A DNA stretch of 64,000 nt from Eledone cirrhosa (Eukaryota), in assembly GCA_964016885.1 (NCBI GenBank), contig OZ024740.1, positions 353,462,001 through 353,526,000 on the forward strand, in the 5' to 3' direction. Positions 1 to 12,100 of this stretch are shown one piece after another; position 1 is the first letter of the stretch; every line of letters begins with the position of its first letter. Under the pieces are notes generated by a model. The model saw nothing but the letters and a program-made list of their open reading frames with translations. It did no database searches and was not told the origin of the DNA. Position numbers and translations under genes: made by a program.

Positions 1-95
1 AGCTCTCCCACTCCCCCTACCCCCCAATTATACACATAGACAAAAAAAAAATAAACGCACACACAGACACAGAGACACTCACAGACACAGACCCT

Positions 96-770
96 TTGTC
101 TTCCAGCAGCGAAGATGAAGGAAAACCCCAAAGTGCAAAAAACAGAGAAAACTCACAAAAAAAAAAGCCCCAACAAAACACAAAAACACACACAACAAAA
201 AATACAGACACCACTAACGCAAACACTTCCCCAATAACATCAGCACCAACAGCAACATCGACACCACCTCCACAATCCCCGAAACGCAAACAACCTAAAC
301 AAACACAAGTACAAATAAACACACAAACACCTGAAATTGCAGACACCACACCTACAACAAACATAGACATACCCGAAACAACACCACCAAAACCATCGCC
401 ACCACCTTCACCAAAACGAAAACAAATAAAACCACACCAACGAAATGTTAAAAACTTCGTGCTTGTCAGAAGGGCCAACGATAAACTGATGGCCCTCTTA
501 GCGCGAAGCGAGGACATTCAAACAGAGGGGGAGATTTTTGAAATGAGCACATTTTGCGTGCCAGAAGATTTGCTTCTGGTCCGAATGTCACTAAATTCCT
601 TCAAAGAAATTCGAGAGAGCTTTCCTCAAGACGTGGGAACCCCGAATGTGAAACCCACATCAAGACTTTTAAAGGGGTTCTCAAAAGAAACCCCACCAAC
701 CATGGAGGTCGAACCACCCGACCTTCACAAGACCCGGGAGGTAAGTAAACCTTCCCTCTCTCTCTCTTAG
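96..770 (+). CDS. Non-canonical LINE ORF1 (acidic/basic patch, T/P/K/Q-rich linker, conserved C-terminal ~60 aa); start uncertain (TTG)
   Basis: Lies directly upstream of ORF2; C-terminus EGEIF..LLLVRMS..FKEIRESFPQDVGTP..KP..RLLKGF aligns with 21702-22241. Confidence 0.6.
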   Translation: MSSSSEDEGKPQSAKNRENSQKKKPQQNTKTHTTKNTDTTNANTSPITSAPTATSTPPPQSPKRKQPKQTQVQINTQTPEIADTTPTTNIDIPETTPPKPSPPPSPKRKQIKPHQRNVKNFVLVRRANDKLMALLARSEDIQTEGEIFEMSTFCVPEDLLLVRMSLNSFKEIRESFPQDVGTPNVKPTSRLLKGFSKETPPTMEVEPPDLHKTREVSKPSLSLS

Positions 771-779
771 CTTACCAAT

Positions 780-3700
780 ATGGCCATATTAAGAGTAGGA
801 AGTTTAAATGTTCGCGGCCTGGGGTCACCCTGGAAGCAGGGTCGCCTGCTCAACGACCTCCGGTCGCTGGAAATGGATGTGATTGCCGTAAGCGAGACCA
901 GAATTTCCGACACAAGCGCACTAGCCCCCATTTTCGACGACTATCAGATCTTCGCATCTGTTAGCAGGCCAGGAAAGGGGGGTGGGGTGGCAGTGCTGTT
1001 TAGGAAAGGACTGGATCTCGAGGTAAGGTCGATCTTCTTGGACCCGGACGGTAAGTTGGTGGTCTTGGATATGAGCAGTAGCGAAGGTGGTGCCTTTAGA
1101 CTGCTGGCCGTCTACGCCCCTACAGGGGCCGGACGACCTGACTTCTTTAGGCGCCTGGAGACCTTTCTGGGTACGTCTCGCCCTTTACTGTTAGCGGGGG
1201 ACTGGAATGGCATCTTAGACGCACGCTGGGATTGTGTGGGAGTAGCCGATAGGAGCGGGGGGTGCAAAAGCCTCAAGCACCTACTCAGCCAGTTCCAACT
1301 GTCTGACAGGTATCGACTAGATTTCCCCAATGTGCCAGTGTGGACATGGACCAACCGAATGGGGTCATCTAGATCGTATATAGACAGGATCTTCATTAGG
1401 AAAATAGATAGAAATAGTGTGGGCTGTCCACTTTTTAAAACGGTCGCCTATTCAGATCACAACTTTGTGATCTGTACGGTCGACCTAGATAAAACGCGTA
1501 GGTTGTGACCGGGTTACTGGAAGCTGAACATGTCATTTCCGGCACGTAAGGCTTACAGGGACCGAGTCAACAATTTAGTTAAGCAAAAGTTGACAGGGGG
1601 ATCATCAACAACAGATGGTGGGGGGATCTCAAAAGAGAGATTAGAGTAACTTCGATAGAGTTCAGCAAAGAACTAGCGTTAGAGAAAAATAGAAAGGAGG
1701 GGGAGCTGGTAGATAAGTTAGACGAGGCTATTTGTAGTGGCATTGCAACTGACGTGCTAGCGGCGAGAATGGCATTAGACCATTTCTTCAATGCCAAACA
1801 CGAAGGTTGCATTGTCAGAGCTAAGGCGCGTGCGCTGAGAAACGAGGGAACTAAAGCTGTTCGATGGGCCCGCGTGGCGGAGGCGCAGCGTGGTAATAAA
1901 ACCACAATTCGGTCTTTGGCGGACTGAGACGGACACGAGATAAGCGATTCCAAGCGGATGTGTGAGTCCTTTCGCCAGCATTTTGCTCGGTTGTTCAGGG
2001 AGAGTGGCGAGTCAGAGAGAGTAGCGGATTTCAGTCCCTACCTTGACGGTTTGCCGCGCATCTCGACGGTCGACGCTGAGCGCTGCGAAAGGTCGATTAC
2101 TTCAGCCGAAATTCAGGACGCTCTTGTCGGCTGCATGAGGCGCAAGTCACCCGGTTTGGATGGCCTGCCCTACGAGCTTTACGTAAATATGCCAGACTTG
2201 TTCTCCGAACTCCTAGAAGCACTCTACTGCAACTGGCAGCAGAATGGGAGTATTCCCAGTTCTGTGAGCAGGGGAGTGGTGACGCTGATAAGGAAAGACG
2301 AGAACAAGAGGGATACATTAGACAACTTCAGGCCCATAACTCTGCTCAACACAGAGTTTAAGATTTTGGCGAAGGTGTTAGCAAAGAGATTGGCGCTTGT
2401 CGTTGAGGATTTGGTTGGGGAGGCGCAAACTTGCGCAATCCCAGCCAGGTCCATACACGACAATCTCCACCTCATGCGATACATCATAGAGAGGGTAGGG
2501 TGTAAACCTGGCTTCGGTGGGGCACTGATCAATTTAGATCAATCGAAAGCATTCGATAGGGTCGACCATCGGTATCTGGAGTTTGTCCTCAAAGCAGCTG
2601 GCTTCGGCCCTGTCTTTAGAAGCTGGATCGTTGCAATGCACAGCGGCACACGCTCGGTGGTCAAGGTTAATGGCCACCTCTCGGAACCATTTCGGCTCTC
2701 CCGATCGGTCCGTCAAGGGTGCCCTCTCTCTTCCCTTCTGTACGTATTGACTCTCGAGCCTTTACTGCGGAAGCTGGAGCTGTTGCAGGGCATCCCGCTC
2801 GAACCGGGGCGTGGAAAGGCGGTGTCGGCTTATGCGGACGACATCACCGTGATGGTTTCGAACACCTCAGAAATCGAGGTGGTCGGCACCTTACTGAAGG
2901 AATATGAAAGGTTGACAGGAGCCAAACTTAACCCGGAAAAGTCGGTGGGCTTGCAGCTCGGAACCTGGAGAGGCAAGCCCATGCCGTCCAACAGCGTCGT
3001 GGGGCGCTGGACGGACGGACCGGTAAAGTTGCTCGGGGTTTGGTTCGGACCAGACCTCCAGGTGGAAAAGAATTGGGACGAGGTAACGAGCAGAGTAGCC
3101 AGTCTCACCCAAAAATGGGCTGGGAGGAAGCTATCACTGAAAGGTCGCGCAGAGGTAGCGAATGCGTACATCGCGTCCGTCATCTACTACCGCCTAACCG
3201 TCGTGCCTTTCCCCCGTCCGCGCCTCGTCAAGTTGGAACAGCTCCTCTTCAAATTCTTGTGGAGGGGACAAGTTCCGTTGGTGAGGCGGTCCATCTGCTG
3301 CCAGCACCCTCTACGCGGAGGGCTGGGCATGCCGTGGCTAATGATGCGCAGACATGCGTTGAGGCTGCGACATCTCCAAATATTCTGCCTCAATGGTGAA
3401 CAGGTGTGGTCGCCGTTTATCAGACGGGCCTTTCCGCAGCTCATTTCTTTGACTGAGCTGCAGTCCTGGGTCAAGAAGAGACCGAGACTGGGTGACTGGC
3501 ACCTGGAATGTTGCCAGGAACTCACTGCCTTTTACCAAGCGGGCAATGCGATCAGTGGAACTTCCACTCTCGAGTTCTATAGAGGATTAGTGGTGGGCAA
3601 GTGCGATGACGCACTCGGAGAAGCTTTGGGCCTCGACGAAGTCGAACTGACCAGTCTGTACCGGAGGACTTTTGAGCCGGGGACGATGGACAATTTCCAG

Positions 3701-4209
3701 AAATCCCTCGTTTGGCAGTGCTACCGGGGGGGCACTGCCGGTTCGGGATAAACTCTACAGGCACGGAAGTGCTGTCAGACGGACCTGCCCAAGATGCGCA
3801 CAGAACGACGAAACCGTTTTGCACGCACTTGTCCAATGTCCGTGCATTACTGACTTGTGGAGTTATGTCGAACAGCTACTGTCGCGTATGGAACGAATAC
3901 GGCTATCGGCCGAGTCCATAGTGAAGATCGAGCCGCCACCTTCCTTAGGTCAGGAAGAGCAGGACATTTTCCTCTGTCTGGTGGCAGTTGCGAAAGAGAT
4001 TATATGGTGGACCAGGTTGAAAGGACTAAAGACAAACATTTTTCTCTTCGGCCAATCCCTCATCAACTTCTTCAAGATTCACCTGGAAAGGAGGGTGAGG
4101 GTGGAGAGAGAAGTGCTGCCCCCCCCCCCCCAGTACATTTGCTAAAAGGTGGGTGAATGTGGCGAGAATGGCTCGTGTGAATGGGCCTACTCTGACCATG
4201 CGCTTATAG
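780..4209 (+). pseudogene. LINE ORF2 (APE endonuclease-RT-CCHC), broken by stops and frameshifts
   Basis: SLNVRGL, GDWNG, YSDH; QGCPLS, YADD; CPRC..ETVLHALVQC. TGA at 1506 where family 2 reads GPGYW; frameshifts near 1600, at the G-run ~3725 and at the C-run ~4120. Confidence 0.92.
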
Positions 4210-4627
4210 GCTGGCTAACTTGAGGAGAGGGGTGCTCTCCCTGGGTGCCCTAGAAGCGCAGGGTGGTTCAGGATTGGTGGGGTACCCGAATCACGCCAGG
4301 TCGTCCACCCCCTATCGGGGAATTTATTTTGTTATATTTATGCATAGTTTATTTTATATTTTTATATTTTCATTGTTAAATTAGTCTTGCCATTGTGCAC
4401 TTTTACTCGACCTTATTGTAAACCCCCACTGTCCCTGTCTTTGTATTGTCCCCTACATGTCGGCCCTTGTGGCTAATAAATGAAATCATTATTATTATTA
4501 TTATAAATAAATAAATAAAGAAAGAAAGAAATCATTATTATTATTATTATTACTGTAAATAAAAGTTAATTATTTATTTAAATTTAAAAAATAACTATTG
4601 TAGAAATTTATTATTATATAATACGAA

Positions 4628-4817
4628 ATAATTGTTTCTACTTTTGGCACAAGGCCAGCAATTATCCCAGTGTATTACTGGTGCTTTATTTTATAGACCC
4701 CATAAGGATGAAAGGCAAAGTTAACCTCGGCGGGATTTGAACCCAGATCATAAAGGGTCATAACGTTTTGCTGCAAAACATGGTGGCAGACCCTCTACCG
4801 ATTCTGCCAACCCACCT
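4628..4817 (-). mobile_element. tRNA-type SINE (family with Nin/Deu-like core)
   Basis: Reverse complement of the SINE at 40738-40923 (GTTCAAATCCC B-box-like motif, GCCTTTCATCC core). Confidence 0.8.
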
Positions 4818-4920
4818 GATTTTTTTTCAGCATCGAAAAACGGTGTTTTACAACATGTGATGTGACCTAGCATTGTCTCTGATCTGCATATCCCGTGGGT
4901 GAAACTTTTGGGTTCATTTG

Positions 4921-5922
4921 TTAAAGAAACGAATTGATTTGGTTTGTATTGAATCTAAAATTAATGAAATTCGTTGTGTAACATGGGTCTTCGTTTAATT
5001 TCAATTCTCTGGGGCATTTGTAAGTATCGTAGATGGTGAAGGCTGTTGACTTGGCTTTCAAAATTAACTCTATCAACTGCAGATAGTTTGAACAGATTTG
5101 GGTGAGATTAGTCCTCATCTCAGTATTCTACACAGCTTCTTTCGCTCCCTGCACCATAATGCCTTCGTCTTCAAAACACTCTACAATTTCTGTAACTTCT
5201 ACAAGGTTCTCGGCATATTAATTGCAGGCACCCAACCAACTGCCCCACCTGGTTACAATTGGCTGGGTTGGGGGAAGTATCCGATTGTTTTGAATTGCTC
5301 TCGACGGTGTTTGGTTTTTACAGTAGCAGCCTTGATGATGGCGATCAGTTATTCGACTGCGGGATAGAAAACCTTTATTTTCGAGTGGCAAATAATCTAT
5401 TAAGAACGTTTTGGGGGATTTTTAACTAAACCAATTAGTAGATTAACATATTTTGTTATCGATCTCACATTCATCAACATTTAAAAATACATTTTGATCA
5501 GCCAGGCAGCTCTTGCAATTTTTAACCGTGTTTCCACTAAGCATCTTAACATATTTTCGGCCCATAGATTGAAATGGCAGTGACTTATTGATATGATCGA
5601 AGAGACCTCTCAAACGTGTATTAGTGAGCTTTGTGCAAAGAAATGTCGGCCTCAAGAAAAGCTTTGGTCACTATTGCACCCCAAGATTTATTGTTTTAAA
5701 TGATTTGATAGATGGCTGTTCAATTTTAGTGGTCTTTAAAAGATAATTTTGGTATCTTTAGCTCATTCTATGCTACTCAACAGAACGCCTTTTATCGCAT
5801 TTGATATCAACGCGGCAGTCTCTAGTGCAACTAGTTATTTTGAATCAATACAAATTCTTTTGGGAAGTTTTTTCTGTTAATTCTAGGGCTGTTACCTTCT
5901 GACTTGTTTTCGGCTTTGGCAT
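4921..5922 (-). pseudogene. Degenerate hAT-like (CGGBP1-related) transposase
   Basis: Hand translation across frameshifts gives MPKPKTSQ.., C..C..H BED-like residues, LNVDECE and a PIVTRWGSWL-like motif. Confidence 0.5.
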
Positions 5923-6947
5923 CTCCGTTAAGAATAAGAAACTCATAATAATCAAAGTAAAAATTACTCGAAACAGGAACCCCGCCTTCCCCCAAGCTCA
6001 ATAAGGCAACGACAAAAGAACTCTACAATCAACTTCAAAAAGATCCAGCAAAGCAACAGTGAAAGAAAATGATTCAATTCAATTAATCATATATGAAAAT
6101 TTACAAAATACTTAACAACAAATTTAAACGATACATAAAAAATATATCGAAATATTATAGAGCTAGCATACTGTACATTTACATATAGTAAAAAGAATAG
6201 CAAGGAAAAATACTTACTTTCGATGGTAAATTTAAAATTCCTAAATAAGAGGTGCAAAGAATTAAAACAGTAAGAAAATACACTTACAATTGGATGGTAA
6301 TAAATAATTCTATTCCTAAACAGACCTGTTTCATGGATTGGAGAAAAATGCAAATTATTGATATTACCGATTGGTATCGATCACCAATAACCAATATTGG
6401 TATAAAAGTATCTCGAAGTAGGAAATTTGTCTTACAGAAAAACTATACAGACATGCTAAACATTCGTTCGTGCTAATATGACTTGACACACATGGTGTCA
6501 AATAATTTTCAACATCAAAGGGTAGGACAAGCTGTAGTGAGTGCTACAGATGGCTCCGATGTGTTGGTCCAATACGACAGTTCTACCAAAAACAAGCAGA
6601 AATATATATAAAATTTAGGTTTAATCAATACATAAAAATATATATCAATGAATTTATTTATTCCTTTCAATTTCTATAGAAAAAAAAATTTTAAAGCGAA
6701 ATTTCATTTTAACCTTATCTTAAGTTTATTACATGATTTTGACTTTATTAACATTAAAAAGTGATTAATTACGATAATTAATTGTAAAAAGGCTTTTATC
6801 TTTGGTTTTAACTATGAAATGAACAATTTTATGAATTTTAACTTTTTGGCCAAACAATTGCCTTACTTATAACTATGTTACATTGATTTTTAATGCTTGG
6901 TGGTTTTCTAATTAAATCGTGGAATTTCCACGGTGTCAGCTAGTTTA

Positions 6948-7346
6948 CGAAGTGTGTCAGAAAAGACACAGGACTGAGGTCGCAAAAAAAAAAAAAAAAA
7001 AAAAAAATCAAATCCAAACTATAAACTACAAGTTTTCCTCGTCAAAATAATCCTCCTCAAGTCTAATGCACTTTCCTATGCCATGCCTCCATGCACTTTT
7101 GGAAGGATTCTTTCGAGATTTTCTGCAGTTCCATCGTCACGACCCTTTTGAAGACGCTGGCGCTTGGTCTTCGGGTCGTACTGAAAGATCCATGACTCAT
7201 CACCGGTGATCACTCTCCCCAGCAAGTCTGGTTCGCTCTCGAGACACTCGAGGATGTCCTGACACACCTGCATATGCCGCTCATTCTGGTCATCGTCGAG
7301 CAGCTTTCGTACTATCTTCGCGCAGATCTTCTGCATGCCCAAATCT
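6948..7346 (-). mobile_element. Internally deleted mariner (Tc1/mariner) fragment with one TIR
   Basis: LGMQKICAKIV..LL and VITGDESWIFQYDPKTKRQ; C-terminal KCIRLEEDYF; TA+CGAAGTGTGTCAGAAAAG terminus. Confidence 0.8.
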
Positions 7347-7461
7347 ATGTATATACATTTATCTGATCCCAAGCTCTGCCCTTTGACATGTAACATTTAA
7401 TTGTATGGAAGCACAGTTCACTGACATATACTTGTATAGAAGCACAATTCACTAATATATA

Positions 7462-7901
7462 TATTTCTTTATTAGCCACAAGGGCGCACAAGAAAAGGGG
7501 GCAATACAAAGACATGCCGGGGATTTTACATACAGTCGTGTAAAAAATATAAAAACAAACAATTACAACAATCGAAATCCCCAATAGCGGGGAGGCGCCA
7601 CAAATGGGTTTTTTAATACCCCGTCGATAGAACAACCCTCAACTCCAGGAGCGTGTTGTGCAAGTGCTCCTTTCTTCCTTTTGCTCTCTTCTTCAACCTA
7701 CAGGCTTATAAACAGAGAAGGCCCAATCACTCGGGCCATTTTCGCTTCATTCACCCACCTTTCAGTAAATTTACTGGGGTGGAGTGCCTCTCTCTCCACC
7801 CTGATTCTCCTTCTAAAGTGATACTTAAAAAAGGGAATCAATTGTTGTCCGGAGAGAAAGGCATCTGTCCTCAGTCCTCTCAACCTCGTCCATCATATAA
7901 C
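7462..7901 (-). mobile_element. 5'-truncated copy of Tx1 family 2
   Basis: Highly similar to 17977-18415; TSD TCACTAATATATA at 7449-7461 and 7902-7914. Confidence 0.92.
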
Positions 7902-8510
7902 TCACTAATATATACTTAGCAGGTTTTCGTTAGTTTGCAATATTGGATTCAAGATCTCCAAACAGTTTCTGGAGAGAGGATGTAGATCACCAAATTGACT
8001 TTCTTCTAATATCCTGCCTGAAAATGAACTCTTTAATGGTACTTTCAAAACCTAAATTATCCTTAAATATTCATATTACTGTATTGAGAAGTGCAACACA
8101 TCTAAATTTGACTGTTTTGTGTCTATGAAATTTATATTTACCAACAAAATATTGTTTTAATAACTAAAGGATCAATACTAAATTATTACTCGGATATGGA
8201 CTGATTATTTCAAGTCACATATAAAAAAGGCACCCCATGATCATGTATTTGATATTCCGTTGTTTATATTTTACTTATATGGGGGTGTGAGAATACACCG
8301 GCTGGCAATATCTCACCTACGTCTGGGTAATTTTCGAAAATAACAGCTGGTAATTACTGTTTATAAAGGCACCTTTTATCAGCGATAACAGATTCTGATT
8401 TTCCTCTCTTACCAGAAACCAAATTGCAAATACAAACTTCATGTGAGTATATGAAAATTTTAACGTCTTTTGATTTTCTTCAACAAAAAATCCCCCACAA
8501 AAGGTAGGTT

Positions 8511-8594
8511 TGTATGTATGTATGTATGTATGTATGTATGTATGTATGTATGTATGTATGTATGTATGTATGTATGTATGTATGTATGTATGTA
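8511..8594. repeat. (TATG)n microsatellite at the 3' end of an R4/Dong-like element
   Basis: Direct reading. Confidence 0.97.
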
Positions 8595-8595
8595 T

Positions 8596-10895
8596 TATGT
8601 TATCTCTTTCTCCATCTTCCTGGTGGCAAGGTTGTAAAAGAAAAGAAATTGTCATCCCTTGAATCACAAGAATGTTTTGCAAATTTTGAAGGTGCCAGCT
8701 ATCGCAGCCATTTGTAGACTATGAACTAGGGAGCTGCGCTCTTTGTCCGCAAATCCAAGTTCAGTCATACTTTGGTCCAAGCGGGTTGGTATATAACTCG
8801 TAGCTCCAACAATGATGGGTATGAAGCTAAAGGTGTATCTTGGATTCTGGATTTGTAAACTCCTCATCAATGGTCCGTAGATGTCCTCCTTCTCCTGTAT
8901 TTTTCTGACAACGTTTACATCAAGTGGGCAGCTGATCTCCTCAACAGAACACGTTTTCAATGTGTGGTCCCAAACAACAATATCAGGCCGATTGTGCTTT
9001 AATTTGGTGGCAGTTTTTATTTTCAGGTTCCACCAGTATTCCTTAGTGCCATCTGTCTCAATATATTCTTTCTCGTTTGTTGTTAATTTTGTTTTCCGAA
9101 GGATCAAATTAGTGTACCAGTTCTTGGTCAGACGTTCAACAGCAGCTACCAGTGGTTGTGGGACTTTGGCTAACTGTAAAGCCTTAACAATCCACCCATG
9201 AGGTAAACTATCAAATGCTTTTTGATAGTCCAGCCACACCACAGTCATGTTTCTGCGATTCTTTGTTGTTTTTTCTTGAATCATTTTATTAGTTAGTAGG
9301 TGATCCATGCAACCCCACACCTCCCTCTTTCCACCAGCTTGCTCAGGTATTATGATGTTGTTGGTAGCACAGTGATCCTGTAAGAACAGGTTAAGGCACC
9401 CAGTATATAATTTATACATGATGTTTTGGCAGGCTATTGGGCGGTAATTTTTAGCAAGGGTGGTTTGGCTATTTTGGGGAATGAGGAGAGTAGTGGCAGT
9501 TGATAACCATCTGGGCAGTTCTTGTGTGCCTTTAATGGTTTCTGTAAACAGCCGTATGAGATCTTGCCGATAGAAAGTGAAATTCTTCAACCAGTATCCT
9601 GTAATGAGGTCTGGGCCTGGTGATTTCCTATTCGACATTTTCTGTAGAGCTGTTTCCAGTATTGACCCATCTATGTCATATTGTTTTGTCTGGACATGTT
9701 GGCAGTAGTCCTGTTCCAGTTCTTTTAGCCAATTAGTTTGTCTGTTGAATCCGTCATCCGTCTCCCATACAGATCTCCAGTAGCTTTCAACCTGTTCTTT
9801 TGAAGGGGTGTCATTTACAGAGATTGAGCTTTTGCCACGGAAGCTGCGATAAACTAATTTAGGATCTCTGGCAAACAATCTATTTAGCACTTGTCGTTTA
9901 TGTGCTGTTGACTTATATTTTAGTCTTTCTGTTGTAGCTGTAAGTTGTTGTTTCAACTGGTGTAATTTGGAGTTTAAAGTTTTAAATTTTGTATCTCCAA
10001 ATCGTCTCTCTAACTTTTTTTAGGTCTTCGTGGTGTCGTTTGAAGTTGCTCTCTATGTTGCATTTCATAACGACTGCGATGTGTGAGATACTTCGTCTCA
10101 GAGACAAAATTTTGCTTTTTAAATTTCGCATCCACGCTGGTTCAGGCTTTTTGTTTATATCTTGATTGTGTAGTTTTAGATGTTTGTTATATGATAGCAA
10201 TGTGACAGCTGAAACATATAACAAAATGTTAAGCGTTTCAAATGTCGTTTCTACACCTTTAGATCGTATAGCCTTCAGATAATTGTCAGCTATTTCGTTC
10301 ACTGCTTCCAATTCCAATTTAGTGGGTTCTTTACTGATTCTGGTGTTGTATGGTCTGTCACTCACATTAAGGCTGTGTATCTCTTGAAACATATCGTCCC
10401 ATATCACTTGTAAGGTGTCCACAAGTTTTTGATGTTCTGTTTGTACAGTAGAGTCATGAATTTCAGCCTCGTTGTTGATGTGGTGACAATTACTACTAGA
10501 GTTAGTTGATCATTCTCGCTGTTCTTCAGTGGAAGTGGGATGGATTTCAGCAAAATTTTTGGTGAGCTGTTCACTGTTAGATTTAGCTGGCCATTCTCTT
10601 TGTCTGGAGGTGGGGTGGTTGTCTACAAGGGCTGTATTTGTAGTATCACTCAATTCCGTTAGATGTATTAATTTACATCTAATGATATGTTTTGCCTGTT
10701 CATTTAAATGCTTTGGAGAAAAGTCTAATTCAGGGTGTTTGGAGTTCCATAAAGTGTTTAGCCTTTGCATAAAACCGAACTTTTGGGGTTCAGATTGTTT
10801 GTATGCTTCATATCATTCTTTGTTAAGCTCGTAGCTCCACTTATACAACGGTTGTAGTTGCGATTTGGTCGAAGGAGACTTGTACGTTTTGCCAT
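8596..10895 (-). mobile_element. R4/Dong-like non-LTR retrotransposon (RT + restriction-like endonuclease), decayed and internally deleted
   Basis: N-terminal KWSYELN..Y..S.P..GFMQRL..LW..HPE; RT KSPGPD, NYRPIAC, WLDYQKAFDS; RLE HNRPDIVVWD..EISCP..KEDIY. The YxDD part of RT is missing. Confidence 0.85.
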
Positions 10896-11094
10896 GATGA
10901 GTTCGTCTATTCACTAATATTTTGTATTTATTTTTCAAAATAGTCGATGATCTTCTTTAAAAGTTTCGACAAAGTTCTGTCAGAATCAAATTTAAAGTTA
11001 TTCACAGCTTGGGTAATATTTCTTTTCAGTTAGTTTTTAATTCTACAACTGTGTTTTAAACATTGTTCTTGAATCATTTGAATCGAGAACAAAA

Positions 11095-11367
11095 AAAAAA
11101 CCGTTACTTAGTATATTTCTTTATGAATGTAATATAATATAACAACGCTGTATTTATATGTTAAAGTTTATGTATCATTCATAAAAATAGGTGTTCTACA
11201 ACATATTCACAGTTCAAAGACTTATGTTTTTGTTTCTGAATCGAAAACGTTATTTGCATATTTCTTGACAAATGTAATATAACAACGTTGCATTTATATG
11301 TTAAAGTGTATGTATCGTTCATATAAATAGGTGTTTTACAACACACTCACAGTTCAAACACTTATGT
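11095..11367. repeat. Imperfect tandem duplication, ~140-bp unit x2
   Basis: TATAACAACG.TG.ATTTATATGTTAAAGT..ATGTATC.TTCATA.AAATAGGTGTT.TACAACA occurs twice. Confidence 0.85.
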
Positions 11368-11494
11368 AGAATTATTGTATGTAATCTTACAGCGTAATGT
11401 AGCTCAATTTTTTTCCAATATATGGTATGTTGCCTTCATGTAAGTCGTAATTACACACGTCCGATTATCGGACACTGACCACAGCGGTCGCCAT

Positions 11495-11659
11495 TGTACG
11501 TACGTACGTACGTACGTATGTATGTATGTATGTATGTATGTATGTATGTATGTATGTATGTATGTATGTATGTATGTATGTATGTATGTATGTATGCATG
11601 TATGCATGTATGTATGTATGTATGTATGTATGTATGTATGTATGTATGTGTGTGTGTAT
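11495..11659. repeat. (TACG)n(TATG)n(TG)n compound microsatellite
   Basis: Direct reading. Confidence 0.97.
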
Positions 11660-12100
11660 GGGCAAAGGGCAAAGGAGCTCTTAAGAGTCAATGGCCATCC
11701 AAAATCACCGGGAGAGATGACCCCTTAGCCTTTGTCAAGGCAGATTCTAGGAGAAGGAAAACTCTGATATAACACCTGCAACTCTGATGGTATCCAATGA
11801 TGTTGACTTTTTGGTAAATATCATCTTGGTTAAGAGAGTAGGACTGGCTTTGTGCAATGCCTTTGCTCACTATAAAAGCTTCACGGCACAGGCATTGCAC
11901 TTGTCGTCACATGGTACCATGGGCCCAGCACTATGTGTCAATATTTGTCACAAGTGTAGTGTTTGTACCAGAGTTTTCAAGTCGCTGGCTGGACTAAAAA
12001 GTGACACTCGTTCAGCGCATCGGTAGGAGTTCTCCTACATGGATATAAAGTAGTGGCCGTACTCGAAAACGAGTTGGCAGCCACCATGTATGTATGTATG
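11660..12100 (+). mobile_element. Short non-autonomous RTE-like element (5' UTR fused to 3' end)
   Basis: GGAGAAGGAAAACTCTGA RTE-like 5' UTR motif; C2H2-like CSVCTRVFKSLAGLKS..SAH; 3' hairpin GTGGC..CTCG AAAA CGAG..GCCAC; (ATGT)n tail. Confidence 0.6.

Larger units (their letters stand above)
1..4490 (+). mobile_element. Tx1/L1-clade LINE, family 1 (ORF1 + disrupted ORF2 + 3' UTR); 5' end may lie outside the window
   Basis: APE, RT and zinc-knuckle motifs in order; AATAAA at ~4475 followed by a (TTA)n/(AAAT)n tail; 3' end resembles that of the element at 17977-22572. Confidence 0.92.

Noticed and set aside
8317-8717. ORFs with HTYI/MYVC repeats (also 11404-11772, 12589-12948, 32333-32638)
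   Set aside because: They are translations of (TATG)n and (TA)n microsatellites.
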